Source: an uncultured Erysipelotrichaceae bacterium
GTDB lineage: Bacteria; Bacillota_I; Bacilli_A; RFN20; CAG-826
Direction of reading: 5' to 3'
Assembly (NCBI GenBank): GCA_902802355.1
Contig: CADCLU010000005.1
Location: forward strand, 664 to 64,663
Length of the DNA: 64,000 nucleotides
Under the pieces are notes generated by a model. It ran no database searches, was not told the DNA's origin, and was given only the letters and a program-made list of their open reading frames with translations. Below, in pieces: positions 57,536 through 64,000 of the stretch. Position 1 is the first letter of the stretch. Every line of letters begins with the position of its first letter. A program made the translations under genes and the position numbers.

Positions 57536-59260
57536 TTATTCAACGTCCTGAAGAGCGTCGTAACCTTCCTCGCCAGTTCTTACTTTGACGACATTCTCAA
57601 CGTCATAGACGAAGATCTTGCCATCGCCGAGGTTGCCGGTATAAAGGACTTTCTTCGCGGTTTCAATGACGTTTCTGACAGGGATTTTGCTGACGACGAT
57701 GTCGACTTGGACCTTTGGAAGGAGGTTGGTGTCGACTCTGACGCCACGGTAATACTCTTCATAGCCCTGCTGCTGGCCAAAGCCTAAGACATGGGCAACG
57801 GTCATGCCGGTGATGCCGAGTTTGCTCATTGCGTCTTTGAGAGCGTATAAGCGTTCCTCTTTGAAGATGATCTGAACCTTGGTGAACTTCGGAGAGGAGG
57901 AAGCTTTGCTTGGGACCTTCTTGACCGGTATGGCCTCTTCCACTGGGGTAATGCCAGTGACTGGGAGGGCTTCTTTCTCAAGGCTATATTCGGCGTAGGC
58001 GTTAGAGGCATACACGAAGTCTGCGTAAGCGGATGGAAGACCGTGTTCAGTCTTATCAAGACCCTTGATCTCCTCTTCTCTAGAGACACGGAGACCGACG
58101 GTCTTTTTGATGATGAAGAAGGTGATCGTCATGGTGACGACGGTGTAAGCGGCAACGGAGACGAAGCCAAGACACTGGACACCGAGCTGGTAGAAATCAC
58201 CGGTGTAGAATAAGCCTTTGAGTCCGGCTGGAGCGGCTGGGTTGGCTAATAAGCCAACAGCGATTGTGCCCCAGATACCGTTGGCCATATGGACGCCGAC
58301 AGCGCCGACAGGGTCATCGATATGAAGCTTGAGGTCGAGGAATTCGACGACGAAGACGACAAGGAAGCCAGAGACCAAACCAACGACGGTTGAGCCAATC
58401 GCATCGAGGGCGGCGCATCCTGCTGTGACACCGACTAAGCCGGCTAAGCAGGCGTTGATGCACATCGAGACATCGGGTTTCTTGTTCTTGATCCAGGTGA
58501 AGATCATGGTAGTGACGGTCGCTACGGCTGGAGCGATGGTCGTGTTGAGGAAGATGGTTGCGAGTTCGCTTGGGGTGGTCGCGGCGGCTCCGTTGAAGCC
58601 ATACCAGCCAAACCAGAGGATGAAGGCGCCTAAGGCACCTAAAGGAATTGAGTGGCCTTGGATGGCGTTTACTTTAGTAACTTTGCCATTTTCGTCGTAT
58701 TCGTATTTGCCAATGCGTGGTCCGAGGATGATGGCACCGATGAGAGCGGCGATGCCGCCGACCATATGGATCGCGGTGCTTCCTGCGTAATCGTGGAACC
58801 CAAGGCTAGAGAGCCAGCCTCCGCCCCAGATCCAGTGAGCCTCGATTGGGTAAACGATCAAAGAGATGACCGCGGAATAGATGCAGTAAGAGAGGAACTT
58901 GGTTCTTTCTGCCATGGAACCGGAGACGATGGTCGCGGCGGTTGCGCAGAAGACAAGGTTGAAGACGAAGGTCGATGCTGCGGTGAAACCTTCGGCTGGG
59001 CTTTCGATGAAAGCGGCGAATTTAGCGAAGAGATCGAGGTTTGGGATACCGATGAGTCCCGCTAAAGCATCTTCACCCATCATTAAGCCGAAGCCTAAGA
59101 GCATGAAGACAACGGTGCCGATGCAGAAGTCCATAAGGTTCTTCATGATGATGTTGCCAGCGTTCTTCGCACGGGTGAAACCAGTCTCAACCATGGCGAA
59201 TCCGGCCTGCATGAAGAAGACGAGGGCGGCACCAATCAAATACCAAAATTCAATTGTCAT
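57536..59260 (-). CDS. amtB: Ammonium transporter fused to a C-terminal PII domain
   Basis: MQAGFAMVETG, DYAGSTAIH, WFGWYGFN and IDDPVGAVGVH; PII motifs GITGMTV, YRG and TGNLGDGKIFV..RTGE. Confidence 0.93.
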   Translation of the reverse strand: MTIEFWYLIGAALVFFMQAGFAMVETGFTRAKNAGNIIMKNLMDFCIGTVVFMLLGFGLMMGEDALAGLIGIPNLDLFAKFAAFIESPAEGFTAASTFVFNLVFCATAATIVSGSMAERTKFLSYCIYSAVISLIVYPIEAHWIWGGGWLSSLGFHDYAGSTAIHMVGGIAALIGAIILGPRIGKYEYDENGKVTKVNAIQGHSIPLGALGAFILWFGWYGFNGAAATTPSELATIFLNTTIAPAVATVTTMIFTWIKNKKPDVSMCINACLAGLVGVTAGCAALDAIGSTVVGLVSGFLVVFVVEFLDLKLHIDDPVGAVGVHMANGIWGTIAVGLLANPAAPAGLKGLFYTGDFYQLGVQCLGFVSVAAYTVVTMTITFFIIKKTVGLRVSREEEIKGLDKTEHGLPSAYADFVYASNAYAEYSLEKEALPVTGITPVEEAIPVKKVPSKASSSPKFTKVQIIFKEERLYALKDAMSKLGITGMTVAHVLGFGQQQGYEEYYRGVRVDTNLLPKVQVDIVVSKIPVRNVIETAKKVLYTGNLGDGKIFVYDVENVVKVRTGEEGYDALQDVE

Positions 59261-59354
59261 GATTACTCCTCCAATGAACCCGGAAACAAGTTCATATGGC
59301 GAATTTTAATAGCCTGCAAAATATTACACAAATACGTATAATATTATGGTAACG

Positions 59355-59369
59355 ATACGATTTCCGTAT
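59355..59369. promoter_or_regulatory. LysR-type operator (T-N11-A inverted repeat)
   Basis: ATACG-atttc-CGTAT between divergent amtB and the LysR gene, overlapping the TATGAT -10 of the LysR gene. Confidence 0.6.
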
Positions 59370-59383
59370 GATAGGAGAAGTAT

Positions 59384-60265
59384 ATGGACATTCGCACATT
59401 ATCTTACTTTGTAACCATTGCCGAAGAACTCAACATCACCAAAGCCGCCGAGAAGCTTTGCATGTCGCAGCCACCGCTCAGCAATCAGATGAAAAGCCTT
59501 GAGGAAGAACTTGATACAACCCTCTTCATCCGTGGCAAAAGACACCTTCAATTAACCGAATCGGGAAAGCTTCTTTATAGACATGCCAAAGAAATTCTTT
59601 CTTTGGTCGACAAGACTTCCGAGGAGGTCAGAGCCATGGCAAAAGGCATGCACGGAAAGATCGCAATCGGCCTTGTTGAGGGTTCCGCCCCTATCATTGC
59701 CGCAGAGTGGATCGAGACCTTTTTGAAGGAACACAAAAACGTTCAGTTCACCGTCGTCGATGGCAATAGCGACGAGCTCATCCAGAAACTTAGAAGCGGC
59801 CTCATCGACCTTGCCATCATCACCTCCCCTTGCGACAACACCCTTCTTAGCAGTTTCAAAGTCGGGCAAGAGCAGATGACCGCCTTCATGAGCAAAGACA
59901 ACCCTCTTGCTTCCCTTCCTGGTTCCACCATCGATTTGGCTATGCTCAAAGACAAGGCCCTCATCGTCCCTAGCAGGGAATCGATGGTCTCGATGATCTA
60001 TCGCTGGTTCAAGGAAATCCATATCGAGCCGAAGATCGTCTGCAAGATGGACAACTACCTCGACGTCGCCGCTCTTGCGGGAAGGAACGTCGGAATCAGT
60101 CTCTTCCCTAAAACCTCGTACATTCTCAATCAGCAGATCATCGCCAAAGAGATCGTCAACCCGGAAAGATATGTCGAATACTTATTCGTTTGGCTCAAGA
60201 ACAAGCCTCTCTCCCTTTTGAATGAGGCTTTCATCAATCACGTCAAATCCTTCGTGAAAGCATAA
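59384..60265 (+). CDS. LysR family transcriptional regulator
   Basis: NITKAAEKLCMSQPPLS..LEEEL..LF.R..LTESG HTH plus substrate-binding domain. Confidence 0.95.
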   Translation: MDIRTLSYFVTIAEELNITKAAEKLCMSQPPLSNQMKSLEEELDTTLFIRGKRHLQLTESGKLLYRHAKEILSLVDKTSEEVRAMAKGMHGKIAIGLVEGSAPIIAAEWIETFLKEHKNVQFTVVDGNSDELIQKLRSGLIDLAIITSPCDNTLLSSFKVGQEQMTAFMSKDNPLASLPGSTIDLAMLKDKALIVPSRESMVSMIYRWFKEIHIEPKIVCKMDNYLDVAALAGRNVGISLFPKTSYILNQQIIAKEIVNPERYVEYLFVWLKNKPLSLLNEAFINHVKSFVKA

Positions 60266-60496
60266 AAAAAGAACCTATTTTCATAGGTTCGATTTTGCCA
60301 ATCAGCTCGATGGTTGGTGGTGGTCCGTCTTACCGATTTGCGGTTAGCATGACTTGTCTTTCGCAATTTAGGGCTCGAAGGAGGAGAAAGGAGATACCTC
60401 GATTGCCCAAGAAACAGGTGATGCCGAAGGAGACGATTGTCTGTTTAAGTCCCAAAGAGCCGAAAACCGCATGACTAGCTATTTGGGTTCTTAAGC
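60266..60496 (-). ncRNA. Candidate ~230-nt regulatory sRNA with anti-SD loops
   Basis: Own extended -10 (TGtTACCAT, 60503-60511), at least four hairpins, terminator gaacctat..ataggttc+U7, and no credible ORF. Confidence 0.6.
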
Positions 60497-60502
60497 ACTT
60501 GA

Positions 60503-60540
60503 ATGGTAACATCCCCTCTGCCACAGAAGCGCCACAAAGA
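60503..60540 (-). promoter_or_regulatory. Direct-repeat promoter 1 (TGTGGC-N5-TGTGGC-N11-TACCAT)
   Basis: Same motif and spacing as 63007..63044. Confidence 0.65.
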
Positions 60541-60569
60541 AAAAAGCAGCCAAGTCGGCTGCTCTTTTT
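60540..60569 (-). terminator. Terminator of the two-component operon
   Basis: agcagcc-aagtc-ggctgct flanked by A and T tracts. Confidence 0.8.
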
Positions 60570-60577
60570 GATTTTAA

Positions 60578-61336
60578 TCAAAGATCTTCAAATATCGGCC
60601 AGGAATACTGAATCATGTACTCGCCTCTGTACATGCGTATCGCGTTAGGGTTCCCCTTCTTATATTCGTAGGCATCGCAGTCGACCTTATCGACATCGAT
60701 TGAATAGCCGTTATGGCTTTTGACGAAAACGTCAGCGCAGCCCACGCTCTTGAGGGTCTTTTGGATGTCGGCGATGAGGTTCCTCAAATAGGACTTATGA
60801 TCTTCCTCCCAAAGGACGGCATTGAGCTCATTGATATTGATGGCAGAACCTTCCCTATCGACGAGGTAAGCGAAGAGCTCTTTTGACTTCGAATAGGAAA
60901 AACGAAGGGGTTTTGCTTGGAAAAATAGCTCAAAATTGCCAAAGCATTTGATTTGGAGTTTCTTCGTTGGCTCTAGTTCCACAGGGAAACGGAGGCCTTC
61001 CACTTCCTCTTTCACTTTGGCTGGGCTCACTGGTTTAGAGACATAGCCGGAAGCATGCATCTTCATGGCTTCCATGGCGTAGTTGTTATAGGCGGTCACG
61101 AAGATGATGTTGATCTTCGGATTGACCCCTTTGAGTTTTTTGGCGAGAGCGATACCGTTTAGCCCTGGCATCTCAATATCGAGGAAGGCGATGTCGATTT
61201 GCTCTTTCTCATTTTCCTCAAAGGCTTTGAGTGGGTTGGAATAGGAAAGCAGTTCGGCCTCAGGGAGGACTTTTTTGACCGTTTCCTCAAGTCTTAGAAG
61301 CTGGAGCTTCTCATCATCGACGAGCAAGATTTTCAT
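60578..61336 (-). CDS. Response regulator, REC + SARP-type (winged helix/BTAD-like) output
   Basis: LVDDE, FLDIEMP, FVTAY and SKP receiver motifs; output IKCFGNFELF..KSKELFAYLV..LWE..YRGEY. Confidence 0.9.
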   Translation of the reverse strand: MKILLVDDEKLQLLRLEETVKKVLPEAELLSYSNPLKAFEENEKEQIDIAFLDIEMPGLNGIALAKKLKGVNPKINIIFVTAYNNYAMEAMKMHASGYVSKPVSPAKVKEEVEGLRFPVELEPTKKLQIKCFGNFELFFQAKPLRFSYSKSKELFAYLVDREGSAININELNAVLWEEDHKSYLRNLIADIQKTLKSVGCADVFVKSHNGYSIDVDKVDCDAYEYKKGNPNAIRMYRGEYMIQYSWPIFEDL

Positions 61337-61344
61337 AATTGCAC

Positions 61345-62601
61345 CTACTTATAGAAAAACACCGTGACAGTCGTTCCTTTGTTGAGTTCGCTTTCGACTT
61401 TGACCTCTCCCCTACACATCGAGGAGATTCTATATTTGACGTTGTTGAGTCCGTAATGGTTGCTTCCTTTGACGTCATTAGGGTCGAAGCCGACTCCATC
61501 GTCGGATATCGTAACGACATAAGCATCGTTATTTTCATAGGTCTTAAAGGTGATGGTTCCCCCTTCGATCTTCTTGAGGATGCCGTGTTTGGCGGCATTT
61601 TCCACTAGAGGCTGCAAGGAAAGAGCTGGGAGCATGAAGTCCTTTGTTTGAATGTCGTAAACGACATTGAGACGGTCTTCAAACCTCATCTTCTCCAAAG
61701 AGAGATACGTTTTTATATGCTTAAGCTCATCGGCGAAAGGAACGAGGCCGTTCTTTGAGAGCGAGGAAAGGTTGGCTCTAAGGTAATCGGTGAAATCATC
61801 AAGGCCTTTCTCCGCTTTGTCAGGATCGATTTTGATGAGGGTTGATATGGAGGCGAGGGTGTTATAGATGAAGTGAGGCTGAATCTGGGAGATCATGATC
61901 TTCACTTCCGCTTCCTTGTTCCTCTTCGCTTGGTTGGCAAGTTCCATATTCTTCCTTACGTTGACGAAGAGGAAAAGGATCTCAATTGCGATGATGATCG
62001 AGAGATAGGCCACCGCATAACCTGGAAGAAGGTTCTGGATGATGATGGCCACAAGCGGCACCGCACAATATGCTGAGAAAGCGATTTTCTCGGCAATTTT
62101 GACCTTTTTGTTGAAAATGGCGAGGCAGAAAACCGTCGCGAAGGTGACGAATTGATAGCCTTGGGAGATAATCATCGTCTTCGCTCTCGTGTACACGCCA
62201 TTCTCCGCATAGAAGAACATGTGGTTGAAAATATTCGCAATATCAAGGGCAACGAAAACGATATAGAGACCCAAACTCACGGCCCAGAGAATATTCGAAG
62301 TCTTCTTTTTGATTGGGATGTAGGCCATTGCGTATCCCATGAGCAAGAGCAACTCAAAGTTGTTCATGATGTAGAAGACCGTATAGAAAGCGATGATGAG
62401 GTTGTCGCTCGTATAGTTCATCTTGATGAGGGTGAACACCAAGTACGTAGCGAAATGGAAGGCATTGAAAACGACGAAAGCGAGGAGACAAAGCTCATCT
62501 TTCCTTTTGTTTTTCTTGAGAAGAATGTTGATGGTATGAATCAGGAAAAGGGCTATGCCGATGATGCATACCGTTGCGTTGAATGCGCTTTTGCTGTCCA
62601 T
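61345..62601 (-). CDS. LytS/YesM-type membrane sensor histidine kinase
   Basis: About 7 TM helices; SQIQPHFIYNTL, YLSLEKMRF, LQPLVENAAKHG, DDGVGF and GTTV motifs; start at ATG 62601. Confidence 0.92.
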   Translation of the reverse strand: MDSKSAFNATVCIIGIALFLIHTINILLKKNKRKDELCLLAFVVFNAFHFATYLVFTLIKMNYTSDNLIIAFYTVFYIMNNFELLLLMGYAMAYIPIKKKTSNILWAVSLGLYIVFVALDIANIFNHMFFYAENGVYTRAKTMIISQGYQFVTFATVFCLAIFNKKVKIAEKIAFSAYCAVPLVAIIIQNLLPGYAVAYLSIIIAIEILFLFVNVRKNMELANQAKRNKEAEVKIMISQIQPHFIYNTLASISTLIKIDPDKAEKGLDDFTDYLRANLSSLSKNGLVPFADELKHIKTYLSLEKMRFEDRLNVVYDIQTKDFMLPALSLQPLVENAAKHGILKKIEGGTITFKTYENNDAYVVTISDDGVGFDPNDVKGSNHYGLNNVKYRISSMCRGEVKVESELNKGTTVTVFFYK

Positions 62602-62651
62602 TTCCAATATTGTACAAAATTTGTACAAGTTATCAAACAGCGGCCCCTAAA

Positions 62652-62682
62652 GAAAAAGGACCCTATGGTGCGAGGGGTCCTT
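62652..62682 (-). terminator. Terminator of the small-protein transcript
   Basis: ggaccc..gggtcc hairpin followed by a U-tract on the minus strand. Confidence 0.75.
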
Positions 62683-62763
62683 ACGACACAGGCCTCATTG
62701 CCGAGTGGCTAGAAAGGGTTTGACTAATTGCCACCGGCACTTGGCTTGCCTACATTTTGACGA

Positions 62764-62964
62764 TCAGCGTGGCTTGAGTCCGAAAACAAGTCCCAATACT
62801 ACGGCGAGTATTGTGAATAAGCCAATTCCCAAGATGATGAAAAAGCGCGTGGTTAGCCTCTTTTTCCTTGAGAGGGCATTTTCCTCCTCATGGAGCTTTC
62901 TGTCATAGTACTCGAAAGCCGCTTTATCCGATTCAGTATCTTCTTCGTACCAGAAGTCGTTCAT
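62764..62964 (-). CDS. Small protein with acidic N-terminus and single C-terminal TM helix
   Basis: GGAGG 7 nt before ATG 62964; 66 aa. Confidence 0.72.
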   Translation of the reverse strand: MNDFWYEEDTESDKAAFEYYDRKLHEEENALSRKKRLTTRFFIILGIGLFTILAVVLGLVFGLKPR

Positions 62965-63006
62965 CAATGTGCCTCCTAAATGAAATAAAACGTTCGAGTT
63001 GGCTAC

Positions 63007-63044
63007 ACTATAGGTGGTGACACGTCACAAAAGCGCCACAAAGA
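63007..63044 (-). promoter_or_regulatory. Direct-repeat promoter 2 (TGTGGC-N5-TGTGAC-N11-TATAGT)
   Basis: Same motif and spacing as 60503..60540. Confidence 0.65.
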
Positions 63045-63107
63045 GAAGTGATTCTCGACGAAAAAGTAACAAAAAAACGGCAGATATTCTGCCGTTAATT
63101 CTCATTC

Positions 63108-63185
63108 TGGGGCGGAATAGGAGATTTGAACTCCCGAATGACCGGTTCACAGCCGGTTGTGTTAGACCACTTCACCAATTCCGCC
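63108..63185 (-). tRNA. tRNA-His(GTG)
   Basis: 8-bp acceptor including G-1:C73 (GGCGGAAT/ATTCCGCC); accgg-ctGTGaa-ccggt; encoded CCA. Confidence 0.95.
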
Positions 63186-63315
63186 GTGCCGTATTAGTTT
63201 AGCCACATTGTCTATCCTTAGCAAGGAAGAAATCACTATCTTTTTCCTTTCTGTCAAAATGGCTTTTTCACTACCCCTCTTGAAAAGAGAGGGAAAAAGA
63301 GGAAAATATAGCCCC

Positions 63316-64000
63316 ATGGTAATTAGAGACAGACTTATCGCGCTTATATACCGTATCGTTGCCCTCATCATCGGGATAGCGACCTTGGCCATTCAGCTGA
63401 ACACCAACGTCCCAAACAATTTCTGGGCAGGCTTTGGCAACTACGCGACGATCGTCACTCTATTTTCAAGCATCATCATCCTTTCCGAGATCATCGCCAA
63501 TGCGATAGGAATGAGGGAAAAGAGAAACACCATCGCCCCTGGCGTCGTTCCTTTCCTTTTCCATGGTGCGTTAGCCCTTTCTGTCTCGCTTGCGGTGACC
63601 CACCCGTTCTATTGCTATTTCGTCGGCGTCAATTACATGAAGCCGGACACTTTCGTCTATTCGCTTCTCTCTTTCATCGTCTTCCCTGCCATCGTCCTTC
63701 TTGATTGGATCCTTTTCGGCGAAAAAGGAACCGTCAAATGGTCATACGGCATGTTCCCGTTATTCTTCCCGATTTTCTATTTCCTTTTCTCAGTGATGAG
63801 AAAGAATCTTGTCAGCGGTTCCACTTATTCCACCCTTGTCTTCGACCAAAATACCTTCCTTATGTCCAAGCATCTGCCTGATGCATTCTCGGCAGGAAAT
63901 GGCTGGGCTGGTGTCTTTATCTCCATCCTTTCCTTATTCGCTATCATCGTTCTTGTTGACTTCGCCCTTATCCTCATCAATAACCTCTTCGCGAAACGTT
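63316..64000 (+). CDS. Pr6Pr/FAR-17a-like membrane protein (truncated by window edge)
   Basis: Manual translation MVIRDRLIALIYRIV...; multi-TM; P...LLDWILFGEKG..KW and FPIFY; open to the window end. Confidence 0.65.
   Translation, partial: MVIRDRLIALIYRIVALIIGIATLAIQLNTNVPNNFWAGFGNYATIVTLFSSIIILSEIIANAIGMREKRNTIAPGVVPFLFHGALALSVSLAVTHPFYCYFVGVNYMKPDTFVYSLLSFIVFPAIVLLDWILFGEKGTVKWSYGMFPLFFPIFYFLFSVMRKNLVSGSTYSTLVFDQNTFLMSKHLPDAFSAGNGWAGVFISILSLFAIIVLVDFALILINNLFAKR

Noticed and set aside
60385-60470. Glycine riboswitch on the + strand (GGAGA.ACCT...AGGT..GCCGAAGGAG)
   Set aside because: The essential CUCUCAGG element is missing and no + strand gene follows, only a convergent terminator.
60330-60581. 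83-aa minus-strand ORF, and a 34-codon ORF starting at about 60472
   Set aside because: The 83-aa ORF crosses a strong terminator and a promoter; neither has an SD or protein-like features. A non-coding reading fits better.
63072-63185. Genomic island or prophage integrated at tRNA-His (also considered for tRNA-Gln)
   Set aside because: No integrase and no duplicated tRNA 3' end were found by eye in the window.

Overview
A 64-kb chromosomal window from a Gram-positive-type bacterium using genetic code 11. Many lipoproteins and the NusA/PotA architecture suggest a genome-reduced gut or rumen Bacilli lineage (inference). Housekeeping blocks: potABCD, rimP-nusA-ylxR-ylxQ-infB-rbfA, rimO-galT-galM, pncB, pepC/pepT, an amtB-PII fusion, and tRNAs Thr(GGT), Gln(CTG) and His(GTG). 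These alternate with many uncharacterised lipoprotein genes, including a five-gene paralog array in which each gene carries its own related promoter and a terminator. I saw no transposase, integrase, prophage or CRISPR array. The strongest candidate for an undescribed system is at 60.3-63.0 kb. There, a LytS-like kinase and a SARP-type response regulator are flanked by two promoters sharing the repeat TGTGGC-N5-TGTGRC placed 11 nt before the -10 box. One promoter drives a ~230-nt multi-hairpin candidate sRNA with anti-Shine-Dalgarno loops; the other drives a small membrane protein with a related structured 3' UTR. Other notable items: a tRNA-Gln lying entirely inside the 3' end of a same-strand CDS, an unassigned attenuator or riboswitch candidate before guanine deaminase, a structured leader on an Ig/CBM lipoprotein next to a GGDEF gene, a dispersed DUF4956/VTC/CotH/Cthe_2159 module, and frequent leaderless promoters. 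Family calls come from motif recognition by eye; no searches were run.
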